Shown one piece after another: positions 14,436-28,809 of a stretch of DNA of 64,000 bases. The translations under genes and the position numbers were made by a program. Where the stretch lies: the NCBI GenBank assembly GCA_951406725.2, contig OX597827.1, positions 55,800,001 through 55,864,000 on the forward strand, written 5' to 3'. The notes beneath the pieces are model-generated. The model ran no database searches and had not been told where the DNA came from. It saw nothing but the letters and a program-made list of their open reading frames with translations. Every line of letters starts with the position of its first letter. Positions within the stretch are counted from its first letter, which is position 1. Source of the DNA: Octopus vulgaris. Lineage: Eukaryota.

Positions 14436-15768
14436 CATATATCATCATCATTTAACATCTGTTGACCATACTGGCACAGGTTGGATGGTTTGACTAGGCT
14501 GGCATCCTGGAAGGCTGCCCCAGGATCCAGTCTGATTTGGCATGGTTTTCTATGGCTGGATGCCCTTCCTAACACCAACCAGAGTGTAATGGGTGTTTTT
14601 ACATGCCACCAGCACAGGTACCATTTGTGTGACACCAGTATCTGCCGTGACTGCAATTTTACTCAGCTTGATGGGTCTTCTTCTCAAGCACAATATAATG
14701 CCAAAGATCTTGGTCATTGCCTCTGTGAGGCCCAACACTCAAAAGGAGCTCGGCTACTTTGCTTCCATAAGGTTCCAAAGGTACTCAGCTACTTTGCCTC
14801 TGTGAGGCCCAACATGACAAGCTCTTTCAGTTTGAGTACTAAAACCACAAGGTCTTGCTTTGCCTGAGGCTATAATAGAAGACACTTGCTCAAGATGTCA
14901 CACAGCAGGACCGAAACTAAGTGGTTGATAAGTGAACTTCTTAACACAGTCACAAAATGAAGTATTGGGGGAAAAAAATCTATAGTAATATATGACTGAG
15001 GTATTCTGTGATTTATTGGATTTAAATGAGTCTTGAGTCGTCTAATTTTTGGGTGGAATGTATTATGAAAAGAATTGGTGGTTTCTTTTGATATGAAGAG
15101 GAGATATAGGTAATTAAAGTGACCCAGTATATTGCTGGTAATTATTTTGTCACAGGATATATATCAATGTGATTGACATAGATGTGTCAGCCACTAAAGA
15201 AAGAACTTCTAAATGTTTGCTCCACTTGCTAGAAGCAGTAAACAAATGAAATCTCTGATATACAAAAAGATGGGATTGAAACAACTGGAATGTTTTCAAT
15301 CACAGGTTTGCTCAGTTAGAGATGACCTGGGGCTAAACAGCACTACAACAATGTGATTGGCATTCATTCAATCAATCATAAATAATATAAATCATTCAGT
15401 TTAATTTAAAAAAAAAAAGAGGTGTGCCTACATATTGTTGTGTGTTTATGTTGTGACATACCAATTACAAACAGCTATGAGAAGATATTTGCATATTTCT
15501 GAAGAAATACTCTTTTTACTCTTTTACTTGTTTCAGTCATTTGACTGTGGCCATGCTGGAGCACTGCCTATAGTCGAGCAAATCAACCCCAGGACTTATT
15601 CTTTGCAAGCCTAGTACTTATTCTATCTGTCTCTTTTGTCAAACCACTAATTTATGGGGATGTAAACACACCAACATCGGTTGTCAAGCGATGTTGGGGG
15701 GACAGAAACACAAACAAACAAATGTAAAAAAGAAATGTAAATCAGAAAGAGAAATTAATAAAGGCAGC

Positions 15769-15801
<33 letters not shown>

Positions 15802-16011
15802 CCTGTTTACTAAAGGCACAAAGCCTGAAATTTGTGGGTAGGGGACTCACCCCAGTGTTTCACTGGTGCTTAATTTATCGACCTCAAAAGGCTGAAAGGA
15901 AAGGTCAACTTTGGTGGAATTTGAACTCAGAATGTAGCAACTGACAAAATACCACTAAGCATTTCACCCAGTGTGCTAACAATTCTGCTATCTTGCCACC
16001 ACCACCACCAC

Positions 16012-16044
<33 letters not shown>

Positions 16045-16260
16045 CTTTTCTACTGGAGTCACAAAGCCTCAAATCTGTGAGGAGGGGACTAGTCGGATAC
16101 ACTGACACCAGTGTTTCACAGGTACTTAATTTATTGACCGTGAAAGGATTGAAAGGTAAAGTCAACCACGGCAGAATTTGAACTCAAAATGTAAGGGAGG
16201 ATGAAATGCTGTTAAGCATTTTGCCCAGCGTGCTAACAATTCTGCCAGCTCGCTGCCTTA

Positions 16261-16293
<33 letters not shown>

Positions 16294-18299
16294 CCCTGCA
16301 AGAAGTGCAAAAGATTGTGTTAACTGGTACATCACACGTATTGAGAAGAGCATTGTCGATGTGAGAACTATTACTACCCATGTATTTTAATTTAACTTTA
16401 TTTCTATAAAAAAAAAAAAAAATGAACAAACTAGTGAGTTTAGTTTAATGGCCTACCAATGTATACTATGAGTTTCTTTGCCCTAGGAGTCGGGAAGACA
16501 CTCGGCAAGAAATGGAAGCAAATTTGAAAGAAGAAAAAAAAATAATAATAATTAATGAGAATTATAATAAATATAATTATATCGAAGAAAATTTTTTATT
16601 AATGAACAAATAGCCCATGTTAGGTGTGTATTATGTATGTATGTGTGTGTGTGAGTAAGCATCATGCAGGATTGTGTGTGTGTACGCACACACACTCATA
16701 CACAAGTTATAGTAAGATATGCAAGGCAAACGACACTTAATGACTTAATGATCGTTTGATTGTTGCAGCTGCTGTACAAGTAGCAACAATTCCTCAACAG
16801 CACAGGACCATACTTATTGTGAAGCTGTCTGATGCTGCTGCACTGCAGTGAAATAAGCAAACAAACAAATAAATGAATGAACACACACACACTCATACAC
16901 ACAGAGATAATACATACTCACACATACTTTGTAAATATGAACACAAACACATAAATAAATTTCTTAAGCACAGTTGAGTGGAAAGCAGGACATTAAAGTA
17001 GATAGTAATAGAAGCAAGCACACACACACACACACACATTAGATGACGCTGAAAGAAGCAGAGAATACCTGATTGTTTAAGAAACTACATTCAGATTCTC
17101 AAGGGCTCCGAAAGTGATCCATTACACCTTATACCCAAACAGTATATATAATATTTAAGAAGTAAAACTTCTGAGATAATTTAGCCATTTAAACCCTGTG
17201 AATTCGGCTAATGGGACCAACCACAAACTCCATAAAAATACAGGATTTATGTAGCTATTTTACATTTTTTTAATTACTCGTTTATAGCCATTGGAAGTTA
17301 TTTTCCTATTAACAACAAGCTAATATATAAAGGGTTTAAGGTAGCAACCTGGGCAAAATGCTTAGCAGTATTTCATCTGTCTTTACATTCTGAGTTCAAA
17401 TTCTGCCGAGGTCGACTTTGCCTTTTATCCTTTCAAGGTTGATAAAATAAATACCAGCTGAGCACTGGGGTTGATGTAATTAACTTACCCCTTCCCTTAA
17501 ATTGCTGGCCTTGTGCCAAAATTTGAAACCAACAAATAAATGGTTTATAAATAATGAACACTGTTTAACATCCTGTCCCTTGCTGGCATGGACTGGATAG
17601 TTTGACAGGATACGATGGGTCTTAGGACTGCATCGTGCTCCAGTGTCTGCTTCGGTATGGTTTCTACAGCTAGATGCATTTCCTAATGTTTATGTGTTTT
17701 TAAAATGAGAAAGAGATTTAGCAAAAATTTGCAATCAACAAGCAATCAATAAATAAATCATTATGTGTCTCAGTTAAACATAAGAAAAAGAACATCTTTA
17801 AATAAAGAGAGATGAAAAGGGAAAAATGGGGCACTTCACAGATATGCTGAAGAAAACAGAAGCAAAAAAAAAAAAAATTAAATTAACTTTGGATTTCAGG
17901 CAAGAATTGAAAGTTTTGAATAATGTTATTTAACATACTAATAACAAGTTACATGTATAATAATACATTAAACTGACCCAGTATATTATTAGGCTAGGCT
18001 CACAAAATCAATTTTACACACACCACGACATGCATGTGTGTGTGTGTGTGGGGGGTATAAATATATATAATCTCTAACTCCAGATGAAATATCCCAAGAA
18101 TAAAGAAATCTCCAAAATTGACATACCATGAAAAAGAGTCTGAATGTGTAGGGAGATGTGAACAACTGAGGACATATCTTTCTGCCTCAATAAGAATCAT
18201 CACCAAAGCAGATGCAACATATAAACACACACACACATATATGTACACATACAAACACATCATCCCTCCTATATATACACATACAAACACAGATATATT

Positions 18300-19779
18300 C
18301 AGGGTTTGAACAGAATAATGTAAACACTGCTTACTATTAACTATATTTTTTTTATTGAAAATATGACAAATTCAAAACTGTTTGAGTCTTTATATGCATG
18401 TGTTCATATGCATCATTTGTGCCTTCTACTTCTTAATATAGACCTCTGTTTTTCTTTTTTGTTTTTCGTGTTGATATTTATGTCTAATTAAATTAAAATG
18501 TGTAACTTATCCGATTTCCAAACGAGACAAATTGTTAGAGTACAGATAGCTCGCAGTTTAGTTACTAAAACTGCTGAATTGTTCAAGGTTATGGGAGGGA
18601 CATTCTCTAAAATCTTGTTGGCATTCCATATCCAATGTCAGCTCTGGCAAACATATTCTGGACAGAAGGCAAAGTTCCACAAAAAGGGACCACAAAATAG
18701 TGAAGCATATTGTGTCTAAAGACCATGGAACAACACCAGCAAAAGTGATAGCAGAGCGAAACCACCACTTTACCAACCCTGAATCAACCACCAAAACCAT
18801 ATGTCATGAGCTCCATAAAGCTGAATACCATGAAGGGGCTGCAATTGCTAAACCTGTCCTCCATCAACATTGATAAGAGGAGAAAAACTGAGTCCAGACT
18901 ATCAGAAGTGGTCAGTGGTTTAAAGAAACAATGATAAATCTGATAAATCATTATTTATCTATTTACCCCAATTTGGGACAAATTCATGTCTGGAGACATC
19001 ACAAAGAAGCCTTTGACCCTGGTTGCTTGGCCCCTACCATGAAGTAGGTGGCTCGGCAGTTATGGAGGTGGCTTGGAAGTTATTTGGACAGCCATATCAG
19101 GGTGTTCTATTGGCCCTTTAGTTGTTCTGCTTAAGAGTTAATGCCAAGGATTATCTGAGAATTTTGGCTGATCGTGTCCATTCTATGGTACAGACATTGT
19201 TCCAGGATGGTAGCACAATCTTTTAGAATGATAATAGACTGATTCACATAGTTAATTTTATTCAAAATTGGTACAAAGAACACAAAAATGAAGCAGACCA
19301 CTAAAGACTGGCTTCTTCCAGTTAATGGGTTTTAATATAATCAAACATTTATTGTGTATTTAGGAGCAACAAGTGGTGAGCTACTTCCTTCTGTCATCAT
19401 TACTAAAAGACCTGAAGCAGGTTTTACTTGAAATATGGCTTAAAATTCTGCTAACAGCCACTCAGAACCTATACTAGTCAATTCCTCAATATATTAAAGC
19501 TGTGATTGACACCAAAGGTGGACCAACACCATATTAACCCTTTAGTGTTCAGATTTTTGTCAAATGTATCGCTTATTTATTCACACAATATCTTGTAGCT
19601 TTAAGATTTCAATAGTATGTTTGTATATTTTTAGGATGACATTCTAGGATATGTGTGAGAGGCTGGATCTGGCCCATCTCATCTGTTTAGGCCAGATACA
19701 GGTGGTTTAAATGCTTAAGGGTTAAATAAAATATAACTTCCATTTGGCAAGGTATTTCCAATATTTCATTCAAACCCTG
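18300..19779 (+). mobile_element. Tc1-like transposon fossil
   Basis: TIRs cagggtttgaa.../...ttcaaaccctg. Frameshifted transposase from MCNLSDFQTRQIV..VTKTAELF (18498) to KGGPTPY* (19537). Confidence 0.85.
19538..19721. mobile_element. piggyBac-type MITE nested in the Tc1 element
   Basis: TTAA-CCCTT...AAGGG-TTAA ends. Related copy at 48853-49454 (interrupted by LINE/SINE pieces) and a partial copy near 55490-55660. Confidence 0.75.
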
Positions 19780-19890
19780 TCTATGCATATATATCTACAT
19801 ATGGGTATATATAAACATACATACATACACACACATACATACATATATATATATACACACACACAAACTCATTACATAAGTATGTATGTA

Positions 19891-19940
<50 letters not shown>

Positions 19941-20458
19941 TTACATACACAAACATCATAATCACCATCATCATCATTATTTAATATCTGTTTTTCATGT
20001 TGGCATGGATTTGACTGTTTGACATGATCCCACAAGTCAGAGGAATATGTCAAGCACCAACATCTACTTTGGTATGGTTTCTATGGCTGGAATGCCCTTC
20101 ATACTGCCAATGACTTCACTAAGTGCACTGGGTGCATTTTTTGTGACAGTGACACCAGTGAAGTCATCGACTAACTTGCAAAACGAAGAAAAAAGAAGAA
20201 ACCCCAGGTAGAGGTGGCTTTAAGAAAAGTATTGGGATTAAAGTATGATACAAGAACAGGCACAAGTGTCTTGCTTTTGAAGAGATGCACAGCTTCCTCA
20301 CTTTATAATAGGAGTGGGTGGGAGTAGATGGAAAGAAGCTAAAGACATTGGTGGTAAGGTGTCAGTGTATACTCTCAAAATATAAGAAGGTGAGTATAAA
20401 AGAGAATAGGGACTGAGGATGAGGAAATACAGATGTATAATGTCATAAGAGAGTGACA

Positions 20459-20493
<35 letters not shown>

Positions 20494-20497
<4 letters not shown>

Positions 20498-20712
20498 AGA
20501 GTTTACGAAACAAAAAAAGACGAAGACAGGTGGTGTACAAAACAAACAGATGTATTAGTATAACGCTCAGGAACAGAAAAAGTCTATTACATTTCGAGCC
20601 TACGCTCTTCTACAGAAAGGGACAAAGAAAAAACAAGGAGAGAAACAAGGAGAGAAAAAATGTGTGTAGTGGCTAACGATCTATCATGGCGACTGCCAGA
20701 CAGAAGGGTCAT
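20494..20712 (-). mobile_element. Short element in (TA)n with minimal hammerhead-like motif
   Basis: TA-rich tracts on both sides. Minus strand 20619-20583 reads ttt CTGTAGA a gagc-gtag-gctc GAAA tgt aa taga (core variant, stem III essentially absent). Confidence 0.5.
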
Positions 20713-21039
20713 ATATTATATTATATTACATTATATATATAGTGAAAGTGCACCTGGTGGTTAGGCTGTTGCACTCATGATCACTAGATCATAAATTTGA
20801 TTCCCTGATGGTGCATTGTGTTCTTCAGTAAAACACTTCATTTCACATTGCTCCAGTTCACTTTTGATCAGGAAGGAATGTTGGCCTGCTTACCTAGCCA
20901 GCAGGGTGGCATCATTTGAAGGCTAAAACTATGCAAAAGTACACTGTGACCAGCAATGCGTAACGACATCTGATAGCCTGGTCAGTCATGCGATATATAT
21001 GTATACACACACACATATGTATGTATATATATGACCAAA

Positions 21040-21830
21040 GTATTGATAAGTAAGAAAACAGACAAATCACAGATCCTTCAGTGAGATGGCACTGCTTGAT
21101 ATGTAGAAAAGGTGTAGCCAGTGCAAGCTATGGACACATAAGAGGTACAGCAGTATCACTGGAAGACTAACAGAAAATAGTCTTTACATGTGACAAATGT
21201 GCAGGTAGACACCAGGAATGTAGAAAAAATAAACTCCCTCAAATGTCAGGGGAGATCCTTAGAAGTAGTAAATAGTTTCCATTACTTAGGGAACCAAGTT
21301 AGTAGTGGAGTGTGGTTGTTCCAAAAGCATAGCTGCTAGAATAAGAATAGGCTGGGTGAAGTTCAGAGAGCTACTACTTCTGTTAGTAATGAAGAGCTTC
21401 TCCCTCAGAATGAAAGGCAGGTTGTATGATGTTTGTATATGAACAGCTGTGCTACAAGGCAGTGAGACAAGGGCTGTGACTACTGAGGATTTGTGAAGGA
21501 AATGAAGCCAGTATGCTCCACTTGATGGCAATGTCAGTGTGCATATACAACAGAATGTAAGTGATTTGGTAGAAAAATTTGGTATGAGGCATCAGATGTA
21601 GTATGCAAGAGAGAAGACTGCACTGGTATAGCCATGTAATGCATATGAATAAAGACAGTTGCATCAAGTGATGCCTCTAACTATAGAGGGAACATGTGGA
21701 AGGAGTAGACCCAGGAAGACATGGGATGAAGTGGTGAGAAAGGATCCACAGATGGGCCTCACAGAGGAGCTGACAGGGGATCAAGACTCCTGGTGTTTTG
21801 CTGTACTTGAAAAGACATCAAGCTAAGTAA
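21040..21830 (+). mobile_element. RTE-clade LINE 3' fragment (degenerate)
   Basis: Fragments LEVVNSFHYLG, ARIRIGWVKFRELL, LKGRLYDVC, RRLHWYSHV, GRPRKTWDEVVRKD. Confidence 0.75.
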
Positions 21831-22127
21831 AAGCATGATTGTCCTTGTATACAGGCTGTTCCCTGCATCCATCTCCAGCTGAGCATTTCTAACCTTGCAG
21901 GCTCGTAGGTCCTGATGCCACATAAAAAGCACCCATACTGGTGCCGCGTAAATGCACCTGTACTGGTGCTGCATAAAAGCAGCCAGTAGACTCTGTAAAG
22001 TGGTTAGTTTTACAAAGGGCCTCAGCTGCAGAAACCATGCCAAAACAGAGCCTGGGCAGCTCTTCAGCTGGCCAGCTCCTGTCAAACTGTCCAGCTCATG
22101 CCAGTATGGAAAATGGATGTCTGCTGC

Positions 22128-22177
<50 letters not shown>

Positions 22178-23184
22178 CAAAATTTAATTTTGTAGTATTA
22201 ATTTACGGTAATATTATTACCTTTACCCATATAATACAATAGATGAACTGATTGTTTGACAATTTTTAACATCTATGTATTAGTCTTGTTGGGTACCTAT
22301 CTGGCAGTATATTGGATATATATTATCCCATGGTGGGTTGAATTTTCAACCCCTATCTCATTTTATAACCTATATATATACATATATATGTTCTTCCTTA
22401 GTTCCTTTGTCTCCATATGGAGTAGAGGACAAGGAAAAGAAATCTCCACTTGTCTCAATATTTGGCAATAGATTGCAGTTTTCCCCATGTAAAGCAAGAG
22501 CTTCAGTCTCTGTGGTCCTTCTCCATGTTCTTTTCAGAATTCCATGTCTCCATTTCCCTTGGGGATGCTCATTGAAGGGTTTGCCTTATAATGCTGGAAA
22601 CCAGTCTCTGTAGAAAGTGAGCCAGCCCCTGTATTCCCTCCTCTTGATCTTGGTCTTGATAGGTTGTTGGTTCATTAGCTCCCAGAATAGCATCTGAACC
22701 TGTCTTAACTCTTCACCTAAAAGATGTCCCACAGACATTCATTCACAAATGCTTTAAGTTTGTTGATGGAGAATTTTGTGATTCACCAGATTTCACATAC
22801 ATACAGCAGAAATATCTTCATATTCATGTTAAAAATCCTGTGTTTTGTTTGTGATCTCCAAATGATCTGTAATCACCAAATGGGTCTGAGCATTCTGAAG
22901 GCAGCTGGCAGAAAGTTCAGGGCACAAAAATATATATGAATTCCATTTTGTCAACAATAAATAGACACACACATATGTATACATATATATATGTTAATTG
23001 TATGTTTATATCATGGAAGATGAATGTAAAAAGATGATGTAAATCCTTCTGAATGAATTTGGTAGGCAGAAATTCTGTTGTGTGTATATGCATGCGTGAG
23101 AGTGCTTATGACTCCCGTGATAGATAGGAAGGAAAAAATACAACTATAAAAGCAATGTGTTTGGGGACAGTCAAAGGTAGTGCA

Positions 23185-23233
23185 TAGCTGCTGATGAATG
23201 ATTCCGAAATGAGTTGAAATATACATACAGGTA
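23185..23233 (+). ncRNA. Degenerate type I hammerhead motif
   Basis: tagctg CTGATGA atgattc-cgaaat-gagtt GAAA tataca TA caggta. Stem I has one mismatch and stem III is near-palindromic. A fold-back tail follows at 23297-23392. Confidence 0.5.
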
Positions 23234-23759
23234 TTCCCCACTTTTCAGTCTGCATACATTGATCAGAAGAACTGTTACAATCATAACACATGGTGTTGGC
23301 TAAAAACCCATAGATATGTTCTATGGTACATCATACATAAATGTATATCAATAGATGTATGATATACTTCTATCTGTAGTTTTTGGTCAAAATTTCTGAA
23401 CATGAGTGCTCCATTGATCAATCAGCTAAACAACCAGGATCATTGAATTAGCATGTAAATGGCTGAGAACCCTTAATGTCATTGCCAGTTGGAATCAGCA
23501 TCACACAATGTGACAAGTTTGGACTTTCAATTACAAGTACAATCTCTCTGATAGGCTTCTACAAGGTTTCTATCCACCCAAAAGAAACTGACAGAATAAG
23601 TACTAGGTTAATAAAAAAAAAGGTAAGTCCTGGGGTCAATTCATTTGACTAAAAAGCCCTTCAAAATAGTCCCAAAGCAATGACTGAAACAAGTGAAAAA
23701 CAAAAGATAAAAGAAAACTAAAAATTAAAATGGAAAAAAGCAAAACAAATGAATTTATC

Positions 23760-24420
23760 TGACAATCCAATATATAAGATATATTTCAGTTGGTAGGGAA
23801 TTCCTCCTTGATCCAGATTGAAAAGATCAATTGGAGCAGCTGCACTGTGGCCTTAGGGTTGAAAGGTTCTTTAGAGATATCTGGTTCTGATATTCAATTG
23901 TTCTTGAGAGGCATTTTGCTTTTCAGATTTCTGCCTGGTTTGGTGGCTTGCAGTTTATAAAAAGGTTAACTAGCACTGGTCAAATTAAGCAGTTCTTTGA
24001 AGAATTATGCCCATTTGTTCAGCTGCAGGTCCACATCAGCAATGACATTAACCTCTCTGTCACAAAAAGGGCAGTTGTTTCTCTGGATTTTACCATTCAT
24101 CTTCCTCATGGTGTAATAAAACCACATGCCATGGCCACTTTGTCTACCAGGTCACCAATGTACCTGTACTTTTCTACTCAGATGCTGTCCTTGACTTCCT
24201 TGGAGTATGCTTCTTGGATAGTAGTTTTGACACGTCTTATTTGCCTTGTATTGACCATGGCTTTTTTCCAGGTTTCTGGTCCCAATCTTTCTCAGTTTTT
24301 GTGCATATATACATTTCTTGTGCTGTTGCTTCATATTTTCAATCACCTCATTATATGCAGTGTTCACAATTTCCTTGAAGCTTCTTCAGAGTGCAATCTT
24401 CCATGTCATTAGTCTATTTG
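23760..24420 (-). mobile_element. Degenerate LINE ORF2 fragment (pre-RT region)
   Basis: Minus-strand peptides KWA*FFKELLN and LIFSIWIKEEFP are typical of non-LTR ORF2; many stops. Confidence 0.55.
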
Positions 24421-27336
24421 GCTGAGCTTACTTTTTAAAAATATTGTGCAAAAGAACATATGATAGGTACCTTATCTGCAGCAGATACAGAATCAATGTC
24501 ACACTCATCAATACACAAGGCTGTCACACAAATGACAAACCCAGAATGGCTACCACTTATCATTTTCCCAAATTACAGCTGAATAGTAGAATTCTATTAC
24601 AAATCAGTAACAGATGTAAGATCTCATATAAGTGAGATCTTGCTGCATGTAATCAAACGATATGCTTAGCAACTACAGAAACACATCTAATTAGTAAACA
24701 TAGCAGACACAGAGATGCACATACCGAAGCATGTTATATTCTGTATTGAAAGAAAAGGAAAATAATCATGGCAGAGTTACCATGTACTGCTGTGAAGCTG
24801 TCATCCTCCTAGTGTTGCTGGCACATACAAACTAAAAAACTCAATTTGTCTTACACCAATAGTATATATTAAGAAATTCAATGTAATTATATTTACAATA
24901 TACTATTTATTGGCTACTTCTAATCATGCTGGTAAATTTGAACATAGCCTGAGAAAGACAGAAGGTTTAATAACCAGACAATTACCAATATATTGACGTC
25001 ATTATTATCATCTTAATACCCACTTTTTCATGCCTGAATGGATCAGATGGAATTTTGTAGAGGTGGATTTTCTATGGCTGGATGCCCTTCCTGTTACCAA
25101 CCCTCACCTGTTTCCAAATAAGGTAATACTACCCCATAACCAGACATGTTTTTTATGGAAAATTGAGAATGAAGGACACTACTTGTAAATGACATTCGTT
25201 TATAATTATCATACAATGGAGATGGTAACACACACAGGCACTCACACAATGGGCTTCTTTCAGTTTCCACCTGCCAAATCCACTAACAAGGCTTTGGCCA
25301 GCCTGAAGCTATAACAGAAGATACTTGCCCAAGGAATTGAACCAAGAATCATGAGGTTGGGAAACAAACTTCTTACCACACTGCCACATCTGTGCCTACA
25401 ATATACCTGTCTCTTAACTTCCCCACTGCCAAATGGTTTGTAGACCACACTCTCTTTGGAATGTCGCTACATGAACAAAGGTAAGTAGAAATATCTATTT
25501 GAATTTTCTATCACACTGTTTATAGAACAATGTATATGCCACTCAACTAAGGGCAAAAACATTTTAGATCTCTACTTCACAAATAACAAACATGGCATTC
25601 ATCCATAAAATGAAAGTGAGCCGATGATTTTCTCAGATCAACTTCAATCTATTGCCCAAACCATAGATATGTACCCAACAAGACATGTATGATCTTGCCT
25701 TAACATTCATAAGGTTTGTTAAAAATCAATCCAAAAAGAAAACTTCAAATAGAATTCACCTGGAAGTCTCTCTATGCAAAATGACATTAAAACAAAATTT
25801 ATGTCAATAATGCAAATCATGATGTATCATTTGTTCCAAAGTGAAGGGCCAATATACACAAAAATATCCCAAAGGTAGAAAAGTCCATTGGATATGAACA
25901 TCTCAAATCACTTAAATGAACAAAATGAAGATAGTAAGGAGCCCCATTTAAAATGAACACTCCCAGATCAAAAACAAATATGGGTTCCTTGTGAAAACAA
26001 AGGGACACAAAGAAAAACTAGAGTTATAGAAAATATAAAAATTAACCCAAAGGCTTTCTATAATTTTGCAGAAGAGACACACTGAGTGTTACAAAATAGG
26101 GACATTGAGAGAAATAGCTCAACTACAGACACATGTACCAGGTAAACATGCATATATATATGTACATATCTATGTATATATATACTGTATCTATCTACAC
26201 ACATGTATATACACACATATATATATATTTGTATACATATATGTCCTTAAATCCTTAAAGATGTTTTAGCCATGCTGGGGCACCACCGCTGGATAAATGT
26301 ATACATGTTAATTTAATAAAGAAATATAGAGGTAGAATGTTAATATAAAAACAAATACATTACAGGTGATAGACAAACATGCTTGTAATAAAAAGATGTG
26401 TGAACCTAAAATGGAACTATTATTGGTATAATTGTAATAAATAATGTGTAAGGAAACAACAAGTAGGAGTATTAGTGTACTGCCTGTCAATTCCATTATG
26501 GAATTCAAAGAACAAGAAGTGTATATTGGCCCTTCACTTTGGGTTTCTGGCCTCTTTTTTGTATCTCTCTCTCACTCTCTTTCTCTGGGTAACAATGTAC
26601 CTCCTCCTCTATAGCAAGACACCTATTTCTGCCTCTCTATTTCTCTGTCACATTCTAACATTTCATTATCTGATATTGGACCACCTCCTCTAATGTCCCC
26701 TCTGTTGTGGCAAGACACCTGCTTCTGTCTCACTGTCTCTTTGTCACACTCTAGCCTTTTGCCCTCTGACATGTGTTCCCCTCCTCAAATGCTTCTCTCA
26801 TAATTCCTTGTTTTACGAGTTACTTGGTTACCCTGCCAGTGCTGGTGCCATGTTAAAAGCATCCAGTCCACATTGTGATGTGGTTGACATTTGGAAGGGC
26901 ATTCAACTGTAAAACTTATGCCAAAACTAACCTCACCTGTGCTAGTGCCACATAAAAAGCACTGAGTCCACTCCATGGAGTTAGGAAGGGCATCCAGCCA
27001 TAAAATCCCTGCCAAAACAGACACAATGGTTTAGGGTAGGTTTTTTTCTACCTGGCTGGCTCCAGTCAACCGTCCTACCCATGCATGCATGGAAGATGGA
27101 CGTTAAACGATGATTATATATATATATATATATGCACAAACACACACAAACACATATACAATACATACACACACACTGTTTGTATATAGATATTCAATGC
27201 ACCAGCAAGGTCGCTGTCTAATGACTGAAACAAGTAAAAGATATATATATATATATATATACATTCATATATTTTTATAAAGACTAGACACATATATTCA
27301 TACACACACATATATATGTATATGTATGTGCGTGAG

Positions 27337-27371
<35 letters not shown>

Positions 27372-27580
27372 ATGTGAGTGTGTGTAGCTACAATTTATGC
27401 ATATATTATATACATAGGTAAGTACATCTACATACATGTTTAGATATATAAATACACACGCATATATATGTACATATATCCATAAACACTTGTGTATGCG
27501 TGTATGCACATACATATGTCTTTATAAACATAAACATTGGGTCACTCATGTTTGACACTCGTAACGTAGTCTAGTACAAC

Positions 27581-27651
27581 CTGTTGCATGGTCAGGTCAA
27601 CGGCGATCAAGCTGGCTCCCCTCATCAGGTTTTGCTTGGTGAGTACAGTTG
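27581..27651 (-). CDS. Candidate small exon downstream of exon B
   Basis: Acceptor ttttatcttgttgggtttctag|, donor CAG|gttgta, CpG-retaining island among microsatellites. Entered in phase 2 it reads SNCTHQAKPDEGSQLDRR* (stop 27599-27597). In phase 1 it is open throughout. Confidence 0.35.
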
Positions 27652-27874
27652 CTAGAAACCCAACAAGATAAAAAAATAATATCTATCAAAAAATCAGATG
27701 AAGCCATGATTTGTGCAGGCGCACACACACACACACGTACATATAAGGAAATGCTTATAAAAATACACACACATTTACATGTGTATATCTGTAAATGTGT
27801 GTGTGTGGATAGATAGATAGATAGATAGATGGATACATACATTTACAGATAAATGTATCACTCTTTCTTTCATA

Positions 27875-27915
27875 AATATATATATATATATATATAAATA
27901 CATATACATAGATGT

Positions 27916-27954
<39 letters not shown>

Positions 27955-27992
27955 AATATACATATATATATATAATATGTATACATAAATGT

Positions 27993-28027
<35 letters not shown>

Positions 28028-28036
28028 CATAAATGT

Positions 28037-28073
<37 letters not shown>

Positions 28074-28445
28074 AATGTATACATATATACATATATATAT
28101 ACATAAATGTATACATATATACATATATATAAATGTATACATATATACATAAATATATACATAAATGTATACATATATACATATATATATATATATAAAT
28201 AAATGTATACATATATATATACATAAATGTATACATATATACATATATATATATATACACATAAATATATATACATAAATGTATACATATATATATAAAT
28301 ATATATACATATATGTACATATATGCACACACACACAAATACGTACATATACACACATAGAATATACAGTTAAGTACATATACGCACATACTTATATATG
28401 TATGTATATATATACACACACACACACACATATATATATATACAC
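27875..28445. repeat. Compound (TA)n / tatacataaatg minisatellite
   Basis: Unit atacataaatgtatacatat repeated with variable (TA)n spacers, almost stop-free on the minus strand. This is the source of the long spurious YI-rich ORFs. Confidence 0.9.
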
Positions 28446-28528
28446 ATTTATTAAATGTGTTTGTGTTCGTGTTTTTTTGTTTGTATGTGTGCGTTGGTAT
28501 GTAGGTGCTGATGCATATATCTATATAC

Positions 28529-28809
28529 CTGATAACAAAACTGATGCTGCCGGGTTCTCCTGCTTCGAGAACCTGTACCAAACCATCACGGTCCTTGAAA
28601 ATGTCACTGAGTCGTCTGTCGTTGAAGATATCTGCCATTTGGTAGGCCAACAAAGGAGAGGCGATGTCTTCGACGGCCTCTCCTCTACCGAACAGCTCGA
28701 GCGATTTTTGATCATCAGACATGCAACTGACTCCAAGTTCCATAATAATAAAAATAATAACAGCAGCATCAATAATAATAGCAATAGCAGAATAAATTTG
28801 GCATAACAT
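28529..28809 (-). CDS. Candidate alternative first coding exon (B), probably of the same unidentified gene
   Basis: Open frame [93 protein letters not shown](R/S), ending at donor CAG|gtatat (phase 2). NNC-GNN codon pattern is typical of a real frame. The start could instead be ATG 28743 or 28722. Confidence 0.65.

Noticed and set aside
16740-16850. GC-richer patch with a possible acceptor (minus ORF 16696-16902)
   Set aside because: No consistent acceptor/donor/frame combination and no recognisable peptide.
17069-17127. Minus-strand segment with donor CAG|gtattc
   Set aside because: Stops in all three frames.
27755-28520. Long ORFs (199, 169 aa and the tail of the 350 aa ORF) rich in Y/I/M/C
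   Set aside because: They are translations of (TA)n/(CA)n minisatellite. Only 28529-28809 looks coding. The same applies to most ORFs in the track.
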